Of a DNA stretch of 64,000 bases, positions 9,320 through 18,235 are shown one piece after another. The stretch is taken from positions 3,719 to 67,718 of IMG/VR virus record IMGVR_UViG_3300011390_000002; one strand, given 5' to 3'. The notes below the pieces were generated by a model. It was not told the DNA's origin and made no database searches. It saw nothing but the letters and a program-made list of their open reading frames with translations. Every line of letters begins with the position of its first letter. Positions within the stretch are counted from its first letter, which is position 1. Both the position numbers and the translations under genes were made by a program. Source of the DNA: a virus.

Positions 9320-9435
9320 TGCTCGGAGATGAGGATCATCCTCAGCCTGCCTCGCGTCTAACGCTCCCCGTCGCGCCCGTCAAGCGGACCCGCGCCGATA
9401 CAACAAAAACACATGCAAAAAAAGAAAACGAAAAA

Positions 9436-9479
9436 ACGTGCAAAACGCGCTTGCACGTCTGAAAAAGACTCTTCATAAT
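9436..9479 (+). promoter_or_regulatory. sigma70 promoter with A-tract UP element and overlapping ACGTGCAA-N7-TTGCACGT operator
   Basis: TTGCAC 9451-9456, 17 bp, CATAAT 9474-9479; A-tracts upstream. Confidence 0.75.
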
Positions 9480-9555
9480 TCGTCTTACTCGCTGCAACGT
9501 TGCAACGAGACATACAGTCAAAACTGACTAACACACACTTAAAGAGAAAACGAAA

Positions 9556-10314
9556 ATGAACGCACAAGCTAACGCAACGAACGCAGTTAAGGCAACGAAG
9601 CGCGCAGCACGTAACAAGAAAGCAAGCGCGCCGGTTGACGGTCTGTCGCAAGTCGAAACGCAAGTCGTTGAAACGCTCGCAGTAGAGTCCACCGTCGAAG
9701 CTGCGACGGTCGCAAACGTCACGAGCGCAGAGAAAGCAGAAGCAGCGCAAAGCATGCTGCTTGCTGCGATTCAAACGCGCATCGATAACGCACCGTCTGA
9801 CAACTTCAAAAAGAACATGCTTGCCGAGAAAAACGCGCTCTCCGGTCGTAACGCGCTGATCGCACTTGAAAAGTGCATCGAGTTAGAAGTGGACTTTGTT
9901 GCGCTCGCCAAGAGCTTCGCAGTGGTCGACAACAAAGCGCACGACTATGTGGCAATCTACGCGGCACAGAAAGTCCGTAAAGCTGTGTTTGCTCTCGCGT
10001 GCGGTATGTCGTCCGTGTTTGACGGTTACACGCAAGCGATTCTCAAGAATCTCATTAAGCTTGAATCGCTCTCGAATCGCGGTTCGCAAATGTCGCTCTC
10101 TAACAAAGTCGTCTTTAGCGAAGATATGCAAACGCAAGCGGTGCGCAGCTTCAAAATGTGCGAGCCGTCTACCGCCAGCACGCAAGCGTCAAGCACGCGT
10201 CAAATGTTGCGTTTCTTGAATGTGTGCAATGTCGTGAAGTCGCGCAAAGATGACTCAATTACGCTCACCGACTCGAACGCAGCGAAAAAAGTCGTTTCGA
10301 TGTTTACTGCGTAA
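9556..10314 (+). CDS. putative early protein encoded by CC/GG-depleted DNA
   Basis: 252-aa ORF, AAAGAG RBS, strong promoter; Ala/Lys-rich N-terminus. Confidence 0.8.
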   Translation: MNAQANATNAVKATKRAARNKKASAPVDGLSQVETQVVETLAVESTVEAATVANVTSAEKAEAAQSMLLAAIQTRIDNAPSDNFKKNMLAEKNALSGRNALIALEKCIELEVDFVALAKSFAVVDNKAHDYVAIYAAQKVRKAVFALACGMSSVFDGYTQAILKNLIKLESLSNRGSQMSLSNKVVFSEDMQTQAVRSFKMCEPSTASTQASSTRQMLRFLNVCNVVKSRKDDSITLTDSNAAKKVVSMFTA

Positions 10315-10491
10315 CAGTCAGAATTGACGGTTAGAACGTTCTCTAACCGTCTCGCAGAGCTCAGACACACATTGCACGTCTGACGCTCACAAACCGCTCA
10401 CACACTCTCTAAACGGTTCTCAACATGTTCATTCTCGTTACGCGCACGTTTCACGGTCAGGGCTTCACGTTTCAGCGCACGGTTTATGCAT

Positions 10492-10536
10492 ACGTGCAAA
10501 AAGACATTGCACGTATTTTGTAAGGCGTGCTAGAGT
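10492..10536 (+). promoter_or_regulatory. sigma70 promoter with ACGTGCAA-N7-TTGCACGT operator
   Basis: TTGCAC 10507-10512, 18 bp, TGc-TAGAGT 10531-10536. Confidence 0.6.
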
Positions 10537-10577
10537 CTTAATAACAGTCACAATTGACTATCTCAGGAGGGTGCGCA

Positions 10578-10751
10578 ATGTCTTTCGGTCTGTTCTGTCT
10601 TCTCGCGATCCTCTCTACTGCGTTGGGTGTTGCTGTCGTCGCGTGCATTGTGGAGCGTAACAGCGCGCAGCAGCAGCGCAGGGATCGAGCACGACGCGCT
10701 GCACTCGGACGCGCGCAACGTCGGGCGATTTTCAGCGCATACGGTCGCTAG
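10578..10751 (+). CDS. membrane-anchored peptide with Arg-rich tail
   Basis: AGGAGG RBS; hydrophobic N-terminus. Confidence 0.65.
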   Translation: MSFGLFCLLAILSTALGVAVVACIVERNSAQQQRRDRARRAALGRAQRRAIFSAYGR

Positions 10752-10859
10752 GGGCGGGATCGCGAAAGTCGAAGTCCTAGACTTTTTGCGGTTCTCGATG
10801 GCCCTCCCTTCCTCGTCTTCCACCCCCAAACACCGTCCCTTATAGAGCCAGGCCGCCAG

Positions 10860-11234
10860 GTCCGCGCTTCCTTATACAGCCGCAGCCCCGCAGCACATTC
10901 ACGAAATGTCCCCGTCAGGTCGCCATGTTAAATTTGGGGTCTTACCCACGAGGCATATATGCTGGCTCGTCTGAACGCTTATTCCAAAGGCACCTCACGC
11001 GATGGGATGCAGACATGGCACTTCGATATCGACGTTCGCGATTCGGGCACGCCTCTGTTTGTTGAGACGATCTCGCTCGAGGCAGTCACCCTGATTGCCG
11101 ACGCAAACAAGCAGGGTCCGCTCTACCAACTCTGTCGAGCAATCCGCGACGCGGAAGAAGGGCGCTATGAGGCGCTTGTGGGGACCGAGTTCGGCGTCGA
11201 GTAGCGTCGAGTCCGCGCTTCCTTATACAGCCGC
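10860..11234 (+). repeat. 24-bp direct repeats flanking a single small ORF
   Basis: GTCCGCGCTTCCTTATACAGCCGC at 10860-10883 and 11211-11234. Confidence 0.8.
10959..11204 (+). CDS. hypothetical protein
   Basis: GAGG RBS, 81 aa. Confidence 0.65.
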   Translation: MLARLNAYSKGTSRDGMQTWHFDIDVRDSGTPLFVETISLEAVTLIADANKQGPLYQLCRAIRDAEEGRYEALVGTEFGVE

Positions 11235-11274
11235 GCTTCCTATACTTGGTTGTGATCCGACCTGGAGCGCTGAC

Positions 11275-12024
11275 ATGGCTGAGCCGCAAAACGACGAACG
11301 CAAGGCTGTAGAACCGACGTCGGCAGTTCCAAAGACACGCCGCTTCGCTTGGCTCACTTTTCATTTCTTCGTGGACGTCACGACGCTGCTCGCGTCGATC
11401 GCCACCGTGATCGCACTCATTTTCCTTATTCACGATCGCCGCGATCAAGCCAATATTGCCGCGTGGACCCTGTTGCAGACCTATCTGCAACAGGAGCATC
11501 GAGCGCAATTTAATCAAGGGCAGAGCTTCGCCCTCGAGACATTAGCGAGTCATGGAATAGATCTCCACGATATTGATGCGCATGGCATTGTGCTTGCTGA
11601 CACCAATTTGCGCGCAGTAGACGCTGAGGAAGCATCGTTCGAGCATGCGCAATTGGTGGGGGTCGACTTGTGGAGCGCAGCGCTAAATGGTTCCAATTTT
11701 AAAAAAAGCGATATGTATTCCTGTAATTGCCGTTACGCCTCATTTTCGAATGCAAATTTGACGGGCGCTTCATTCAGAGGAGGCGATTATCGGGATGCCG
11801 ATTTTGGATTTGCCGATGTATCAGATATGACATTGGCGGCAAACCAGGTGGACCAAGACGCATTCAGAAACTCATGCAACCGACCGGGACATCCGCCTCA
11901 CGCCTTTTCGAGCGTTCCTATTGACTCTCCAAAGCATCCTCAAAGCGACGCGTGTCTCAAGGTTTGGAGTAAATCGTGGGACGCATTGGCGAAGGCGCCG
12001 GACGCAAATGCGGGTGGGGAGTAA
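11275..12024 (+). CDS. membrane-anchored pentapeptide-repeat protein
   Basis: TM helix followed by A(D/N)L/ASF-type pentapeptide repeats. Confidence 0.75.
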   Translation: MAEPQNDERKAVEPTSAVPKTRRFAWLTFHFFVDVTTLLASIATVIALIFLIHDRRDQANIAAWTLLQTYLQQEHRAQFNQGQSFALETLASHGIDLHDIDAHGIVLADTNLRAVDAEEASFEHAQLVGVDLWSAALNGSNFKKSDMYSCNCRYASFSNANLTGASFRGGDYRDADFGFADVSDMTLAANQVDQDAFRNSCNRPGHPPHAFSSVPIDSPKHPQSDACLKVWSKSWDALAKAPDANAGGE

Positions 12025-12105
12025 CGGGGCAACCTTACGCAAGCCAACACTCAATGCTTACATTTGTCTATAATCTCGTCGAAATTTTTCGAGGGAGACC
12101 AGACA

Positions 12106-12558
12106 ATGATCAAGACAACTATCGCCGTCGCGCTCGCGGCGCTCGCACTGACAGGCTGCATGACCGCTCAGCAGGAAGCTGAGAACCGCGCGTCGTATGA
12201 GAGGCTCGAGAGCGTGCTCATGAAGGCCCAGGAGAACTCAACGGTCGATTGCACGGGTGCCGACGTGTGCGAAAAGATGTGGACGCTCACCAAGAACTAC
12301 GTGCAGCAGAATAGCGGCATGGCCGTGCGGATCTCCGACGACTCCCTCATCGACACCTTCGCCCCGGTGCAATATGGGATGGCGACCTTTCGCGCGACCC
12401 GGGAGCCGGCCGGCGAGAAGATGATCGTTCGCCTAGAGGGGAGGTGTCGAGGCATGTATAACCGCGACGGCACCGAGGGGCCGAATTACGCGGACTGCGC
12501 CCGCGCGATTGGGGTGCCGCAGAACAAATTCCTGCGATATCTTCACGATCACATGTAA
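12106..12558 (+). CDS. lipoprotein
   Basis: MIKTTIAVALAALALTGC lipobox; GGGAG RBS. Confidence 0.8.
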   Translation: MIKTTIAVALAALALTGCMTAQQEAENRASYERLESVLMKAQENSTVDCTGADVCEKMWTLTKNYVQQNSGMAVRISDDSLIDTFAPVQYGMATFRATREPAGEKMIVRLEGRCRGMYNRDGTEGPNYADCARAIGVPQNKFLRYLHDHM

Positions 12559-12559
12559 T

Positions 12560-12583
12560 AAAAAAGGCACCCGAGGGTGCCTT
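12560..12583. terminator. bidirectional intrinsic terminator
   Basis: AAGGCACC-cgag-GGTGCCTT between convergent genes. Confidence 0.75.
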
Positions 12584-12605
12584 AGTTGTTTCTGGTGGCT
12601 GTAGA

Positions 12606-12902
12606 TCACTTGAGGCTTTCGAGATACGCCTTCTGCTCAGGCGTGAGTGTGGCGAGCTTTTCAATGAGCGCGCTCTTGGTGGTGCGGGTGCTGGTCTTGG
12701 CCTCCCGGCGTGCGTTCAGGTCCGGCGTAAGCGCCTTCAGGTCGGCCTTGTCGATCAGCACTTCAAGCACCTGGCCCTGGCTGATTTTGAACTGCTTGGC
12801 GATCGTGCTCAGACGTGCTTGGGCAGCCTTGTCGAGAATCACGGTGTAGCGTTTGGTGGTCTCTGAACCTGTATGGGGTTGTGCTTGTGTCATGTCTCTC
12901 AT
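12606..12902 (-). CDS. ribbon-helix-helix (CopG/Arc-like) regulator
   Basis: RYTVILDKAAQARLSTIAKQFKISQGQVLEVLI beta-alpha-alpha pattern; palindrome at 12914-12936 upstream. Confidence 0.65.
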   Translation of the reverse strand: MRDMTQAQPHTGSETTKRYTVILDKAAQARLSTIAKQFKISQGQVLEVLIDKADLKALTPDLNARREAKTSTRTTKSALIEKLATLTPEQKAYLESLK

Positions 12903-13190
12903 GGAATCGGTTAACGTGTAAAAGTGTTTTGCACGTAAATTATAGTTAGGTGCTTGCTTATTACACGAAGAAAATGCCCGCGGTGCGCATTCTAAGAGGT
13001 CTGTTCAAACGCCGCTTCGACGCCATCCCGGGCAAACCGAAAAGGCAAGCGTTAGGCAATGGCGCTGTCGTCTGCACGACGTTGCAGCCATCGGCTTGCA
13101 ATGATATACAGTCGGGCGGAATACGCCGAATTTCGAGGTTGTCGGCGTGATTTCGAGGGTCAAAAAATCTACTAAAACGGGAAAAGCAGT

Positions 13191-15287
13191 ATGGCGAGCG
13201 CGACTGTCGAACAATTTGCTAGCGAACTAAAAATGACGCCGCAAGGCCTTTTGGATCGTCTGCATTTGGCAGGTGTGGTTAAAACATCCGCGAAAGAGCC
13301 CATTTTGGACGCCGACAAGCAGAAGTTGCTCGAATATTTCAGAAAAGAGCACATACCGGACGATCGCGAAAAAATTATACTCACAAGGCAGACACCGAAC
13401 GGCCGCGCTAGATCAACGAAAGTTGAAATACGCAAGAAAAGAGTTTTTGTGAGGACTGCCGAACTGATTGGGTCGATAGAGCAAAGAACGAAAGGTATCG
13501 ATGTAGCGGTAACGGACGTGGCGATAGCGAGTCTTAGTCCCGACGCCGGATTGACTTCAGGAAAAAAGATACGCTGGAGTAAGCTTGATTCAGTCGAAAT
13601 TTCGAACTTTAAGGCAATCGACCGACTGACTGTGCCTCTCGCTGAGGTTACCATTCTAGTAGGGCCAAATGGCTCAGGCAAATCGTCCGTCCTGCAAGCA
13701 ATCCACTGGGCTGCGCGGGCAGCTAGCTATATCCCCCCTGGAGTCCAAACTGAAGTCGTATCCTTCGAGCGACTGGACTACTCGCCGTCGAGTGAACCAC
13801 TGAAAACAGCGCACAAGAAGGAGCTTTCATCGGATCGAAATTCTGATCCGACAACTGTGATTTTTAATCATTTTTTTACAAGCGACGGATCTCCGTCCGT
13901 TGCAACCATAAAGATCTGGGCGGCACGAGTCTCCGCAGGCATATCGGTAAACATCGAAGGCGGTGCTGCTGTCACCCCCTTCAAACAACGAGAAGAACTA
14001 ATTACCGCCTACATACCAGGGCTGGCAGGACTGTCGGAGCAGGAGACACTTCTTGTCCAACCGTTGCTTCGTCGACAAGCGGCTGGTGGCAACGCGGGTG
14101 GAGTTCTGCGAAACATCTTGTTTAATATCGCTAGTCGCCAACCAGGCGAAGCAAATAATGACCCAGCGATCCAGCGGGTCAGGCGCTTGAACGAACTCGT
14201 TCAGATTATTCATCCCGGGGTATCGCTCGAGGTTAGCTTCAACGATCGAGAAGACATCAATATCCAGGCAGCGTTCGACGACAATTTGCTCTCCGGTGTC
14301 AAGCGGCCTTTGGAGACAGCAGCGACCGGCGTTCTGCAGGTTGTGCAAATATTTGCTTATTTGATTTTGTTTCGGCCCAAGTTGCTACTTGTTGACGAGC
14401 CTGACGCACACTTGCATCCCGACAAACAGGAACGTTTGATAGAAGCACTTGAAAAAGCCGCTAACGAGTTTGAAGTCCAGGTAATACTGACGACTCACAG
14501 CCCACACATAGTTAGGGCCGCCTCGCCTACTGCTAACCTCTTATGGGTCAAGCAAGGTCAGGTGTTTCAGCAACAGGACGACAATATTCGCGCGCTCTTA
14601 GGGTGGGGCGGTCTCGACAAGAAAATTCTCTTTTTTGTTGAAGATGAAAATGATCACGCGATCAGAGCAATATTGCGCCAGTGGCCCCATTTACACCGAC
14701 AGTTGGGGATTTCCCGATGCTTTGGCGTAGACAATCTTCCCGGAAATGCCTTTCTAAAAGGTCTTTTGTCCGGCGATTCGTTTGACGTGAAGGTCGTCAT
14801 TCACCGCGACCGGGATTTTATGACGTCGAAAGAGTGCAAAATGTGGGCTCAGCGCTATACCGAAGACGGTGTTGCTGTATGGATCACTGAACGTTCGGAT
14901 GCTGAAGCCTATTTTTGCGAGTCGGAATACTTGAGCTGCTTATACAACGTATCTACTGATATTGCTGGTGAATGGATACGCGAAGCCGCGCTCAAATGCA
15001 GGGAGGCAAAAAAAGTTTTTTTCGACAAACGTAAAGTGTTTATTCGCTTGCTCTACGAACACGGCGGCTCACCCGCGTCGAATGAACTTTGGACGGAAAG
15101 CCTTGAAAATCCCGCCGAAATTGTCCTCGGGAAAACGCTTCACAAAGCGCTAAAATGTGAGGTTAAGGCCGCTGGCCATGACGATAAGCTTCTGGACCGA
15201 TTTGCGATTCCGAAAGGGTATGAAGTTGCATCCGATCTCCGGAAGATTCTCGAAGGCCTCCTCGCTGACGGAAATGACACAAAGTAA
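13191..15287 (+). CDS. IF2 N-terminal domain fused to ABC/AAA_21 ATPase and TOPRIM nuclease (OLD/PARIS-like)
   Basis: residues 1-90 IF2-N-like; GPNGSGKS, LLLVDEPDAHLHP, TTHSP; C-terminal FVED..IHRDRD..DAEAYF; AT-richer DNA. Confidence 0.85.
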   Translation: MASATVEQFASELKMTPQGLLDRLHLAGVVKTSAKEPILDADKQKLLEYFRKEHIPDDREKIILTRQTPNGRARSTKVEIRKKRVFVRTAELIGSIEQRTKGIDVAVTDVAIASLSPDAGLTSGKKIRWSKLDSVEISNFKAIDRLTVPLAEVTILVGPNGSGKSSVLQAIHWAARAASYIPPGVQTEVVSFERLDYSPSSEPLKTAHKKELSSDRNSDPTTVIFNHFFTSDGSPSVATIKIWAARVSAGISVNIEGGAAVTPFKQREELITAYIPGLAGLSEQETLLVQPLLRRQAAGGNAGGVLRNILFNIASRQPGEANNDPAIQRVRRLNELVQIIHPGVSLEVSFNDREDINIQAAFDDNLLSGVKRPLETAATGVLQVVQIFAYLILFRPKLLLVDEPDAHLHPDKQERLIEALEKAANEFEVQVILTTHSPHIVRAASPTANLLWVKQGQVFQQQDDNIRALLGWGGLDKKILFFVEDENDHAIRAILRQWPHLHRQLGISRCFGVDNLPGNAFLKGLLSGDSFDVKVVIHRDRDFMTSKECKMWAQRYTEDGVAVWITERSDAEAYFCESEYLSCLYNVSTDIAGEWIREAALKCREAKKVFFDKRKVFIRLLYEHGGSPASNELWTESLENPAEIVLGKTLHKALKCEVKAAGHDDKLLDRFAIPKGYEVASDLRKILEGLLADGNDTK

Positions 15288-15351
15288 GCACGGCGTCACC
15301 ACAGCCAGTCACCACAGCCAGTGCTATAAGCAGTGGTTAAAAAAATGGCTT

Positions 15352-16908
15352 TCACGCCACCTTGCGCGTCGCCAACCCCAGGCCCACGAAGTCGAAGTCT
15401 TTGCCCGCGGCCAGGATGTTTTCGGCGAACCCGGGCGTGCCCTCAATGATGGACCGGCGCGCCTGAGCATGCTCTTTCGTGTGCGAATTCCACGGATCAT
15501 CGAAGTCCACGACGAGCGCGCAGTTCGGACCTTTCTTTTTCGCCCGCAGACCACGCCCCACACGCTGGCGAAGCGCAACTTCCGCTTTCCCGCCACCGGC
15601 AAGCACCACCACACCGACGGCCGGCACATCCACACCGACGTCCAGAATCGTGGTGCCGATCAACACCTGCGTCTCTCCACTTCCCAGCCGCTTGAGCGCG
15701 GCTTTTCGCTCCTTCGGCTTGTTCTCGCCCTGCAGGAACTCGACCGTGACGCCGCGTTCAGCGAGTTGCTCCCGTAAAAGCTCACCGTGCCGCGTCTGCT
15801 GCACGAGAATCATGACGGGGAGCCCCAGCGCCACCCCGCGGCGCGTCTCGAACACAATTTTCGCGTTGCGCTCAACGTTGTCGACGATGCCGATGCGGTA
15901 GGCAGCCTGCCAGGTCGTGCCCCGGAACAGTTTGGCCGGCTTGTGCTCGAGCGCCACGTATTTGAAGTGGGGTTTCGCGAGGATGCCGCGGTCGATCAGC
16001 ATCTTCTCGCTGATCTTGATCCCGATCGGGCCGAACGCCGCCATGAGACGCATGTTCGACTCTTCATCGTCCTTCATGAAGGGCGTGGCAGTCAGTGCCA
16101 GGCGGTAATGCGCGTTCTTGCAGTGCTTGAGGATGTCGTAGTAGCTGTTGCCCGATGCCTCATGCGCTTCCTCGCCGATCACGAGCTCGAATTTCTCCAA
16201 GAGCGCGATCGTTTTGTTGCGAATGCGCGTTTGCTCGTTTTGCTTCTCAACGTCATCGTCTGGACACGGTTCTTGCAAGCGCGCAACGAGCGTCTGAACC
16301 ATGCCAACGCTCATCATCTTCACCGAGTGACGTTCTTGACCGTCGGCACCGACTGTGACCGTCCCAAACTGCCCGTCGCCAAGCACCGAGCACTGCACGC
16401 CCATCTCTTCGAACGCATCCTTCATCTGATACATGAGGATCGAGCGGGTTGTGAGAAACAGGGTGGGGCGCCGGATACGGGCGAAGGCCATGCGAGCGAT
16501 GCGTGACTTGCCGCCACCGGTTGCGACCTGGGCAATGATCTGGCGATGCTTGACCAGCCGACTGACCACCTCCGGCTGATAGTCGTAGCGCGGATCGTCT
16601 GGGAAGCTGTCGATTTTCGGGTTCTCCGGACCCAGCGGCAGCGGGGCGGCCTTGGCCGCATAGCGCACGTTGTGCCCGGCGCGCCGCAGGTGGCCAGCCA
16701 CGTATTGCACGAAGCCGGCGGGGAAGGTGCCTTTCCTGAAGTCGAAGAAGGAGCTGCGCCCGTCCCAGCCTCCGGTCTTGAACGCCATCACGTTCTCGGC
16801 GCCCGACACCTTGTAGGACACGATGCGCTGAATATCCAATTTCAACGCGCGGTCTGTTTCAACGAGCTTCGCAACGGTCGCGTTATAAGCAATGGTGACG
16901 TTAGACAT
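15352..16908 (-). CDS. superfamily 2 (DEAD/DEAH) helicase
   Basis: ATGGGKS, EEAH, LTATP, QRVGRGLR; start MSNV at 16908. Confidence 0.9.
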   Translation of the reverse strand: MSNVTIAYNATVAKLVETDRALKLDIQRIVSYKVSGAENVMAFKTGGWDGRSSFFDFRKGTFPAGFVQYVAGHLRRAGHNVRYAAKAAPLPLGPENPKIDSFPDDPRYDYQPEVVSRLVKHRQIIAQVATGGGKSRIARMAFARIRRPTLFLTTRSILMYQMKDAFEEMGVQCSVLGDGQFGTVTVGADGQERHSVKMMSVGMVQTLVARLQEPCPDDDVEKQNEQTRIRNKTIALLEKFELVIGEEAHEASGNSYYDILKHCKNAHYRLALTATPFMKDDEESNMRLMAAFGPIGIKISEKMLIDRGILAKPHFKYVALEHKPAKLFRGTTWQAAYRIGIVDNVERNAKIVFETRRGVALGLPVMILVQQTRHGELLREQLAERGVTVEFLQGENKPKERKAALKRLGSGETQVLIGTTILDVGVDVPAVGVVVLAGGGKAEVALRQRVGRGLRAKKKGPNCALVVDFDDPWNSHTKEHAQARRSIIEGTPGFAENILAAGKDFDFVGLGLATRKVA

Positions 16909-17548
16909 TGCCGATCTCCTCGAAGTGTTGTTGAAGTCGTTTGCGAAGCGCGCTCTCGTTCCAGCCAAACTCTTTCGCGATCACCCTCAAGCCAGCGAGC
17001 CGCTTGGGGTTCGCGAAGCGCTTGGCAATCTCTGCGACCCCCTCCCTTGTCATGCGCGGCGCAGCAACCTCGAAGAGCTTTTCGACCGGGTATCCCTTCG
17101 CGAACCGCCCGTAGACGGTCGGGAAAGGCAGATTGAATTCTTGAGCCCACGCGGAAAGAGTTTGGCTGCGTCCTTCGAGTTCAATGACGATATTGTTCCG
17201 GCGATTGTTCGCTTGCTGCTTTGCCGTCGCCCAGCGGCAGTTGTCAGGTTTATAGCCTTCATTGACGCGCTCCCGGTCGAGCGTCATGCCTTCCGGCGCC
17301 TCGCCCATGTCGGCGAGGAAGTTCTCGAAACTCATCCATCGCTCACAAATCCCGATGCCGCGGCCGCCGTAGTCGGCGAAGCCGGCATGCTTACTGTTTA
17401 AGCACCGGCCCTTCATGTTCACCCACGCCCGATAAGTCTTATTGTCGCCCGCCATCCCATGCACAAACTTGTGGTGCCGAGAGCTTTCTTCCGTAGTCGC
17501 CATTTCTGATTTGCCATCCAGGTTTAGTTGGCGTAAAGTATAAGTCAA
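16901..17548 (-). CDS. HNH-type homing endonuclease-like protein
   Basis: YRAWVNMKGRC..YGGRGI..W..FENFLADMG..TLDRE..N..Y..DNCRWAT..QANNRR. Confidence 0.85.
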   Translation of the reverse strand: MTYTLRQLNLDGKSEMATTEESSRHHKFVHGMAGDNKTYRAWVNMKGRCLNSKHAGFADYGGRGIGICERWMSFENFLADMGEAPEGMTLDRERVNEGYKPDNCRWATAKQQANNRRNNIVIELEGRSQTLSAWAQEFNLPFPTVYGRFAKGYPVEKLFEVAAPRMTREGVAEIAKRFANPKRLAGLRVIAKEFGWNESALRKRLQQHFEEIGNV

Positions 17549-17581
17549 TACTGACTGTTACTCCTACGCCAAAGAACACAT

Positions 17582-18235
17582 ATGGGTAAGCCCCAAATCA
17601 AGTCGATCGAAGTAGACCCCCGGTCGCTCAAGCCCAACGTTTGGAATACCAACGTGGTCGCGCCTGACGACGAGGCCAAGATCGATGCGAGCCTCGCGCG
17701 GCTGGGCATGTTCAAGCCCATCATCGTGCGTGAGCTTGCCGACGGCACTCTCGAGATCCTCGGTGGCGCACACCGCCGTGATTCAGCGATCCGACTTGGT
17801 CACGACACCGTGCCGGTCATGAACCTCGGGCGCATTGACGATCAGCGCGCCAAAGAGATCGGTCTTGTCGACAACGCTCGCTACGGCAACGACGACACGA
17901 TTCGCCTCGCAGAGCTGCTCGACGGCATGGGCAGCCCCGATGACCTCGCAGCCTTCCTGCCCTATACCGACGCTGACTTCGCTTCAATCTTCTCTTCAGT
18001 GAATATAGCGTTGGATGATTTAGATATACCGGACGATGACGCGGCCCCAAGCCCGTTACCCAAGGAAGCCGCGGTTCAAACCCATCAGATCATGCGGTTC
18101 AAGGTGCCTGTCGAAGACGTCGGCGCCGTCACGGACCTCATCGAAGCCACCATGAAGGCCCAGCGGTTCACCGAGGATGACTCGTTGAGCAACGCCGGCG
18201 CCGCTCTCGTTCACCTGCTCACATCCGGCAAATGA
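17582..18235 (+). CDS. ParB/Srx N-terminal domain protein
   Basis: LKPNVWNTN..KPIIVR..ILGGAHR. Confidence 0.85.
   Translation: MGKPQIKSIEVDPRSLKPNVWNTNVVAPDDEAKIDASLARLGMFKPIIVRELADGTLEILGGAHRRDSAIRLGHDTVPVMNLGRIDDQRAKEIGLVDNARYGNDDTIRLAELLDGMGSPDDLAAFLPYTDADFASIFSSVNIALDDLDIPDDDAAPSPLPKEAAVQTHQIMRFKVPVEDVGAVTDLIEATMKAQRFTEDDSLSNAGAALVHLLTSGK

Noticed and set aside
9367-9378. Lambda-like cosN (reverse complement GGGCGCGACGGG resembles GGGCGGCGACCT)
   Set aside because: The resemblance is short and gapped in GC-rich DNA, so it cannot be supported without end mapping. It is kept only as context for the repeat element.
13191-13460. Possible genuine infB (IF2) gene
   Set aside because: Only the N-terminal ~90 aa match. 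The downstream P-loop is ABC-type (GPNGSGKS, DEPD), not the IF2 G-domain (GHVDHGKT).
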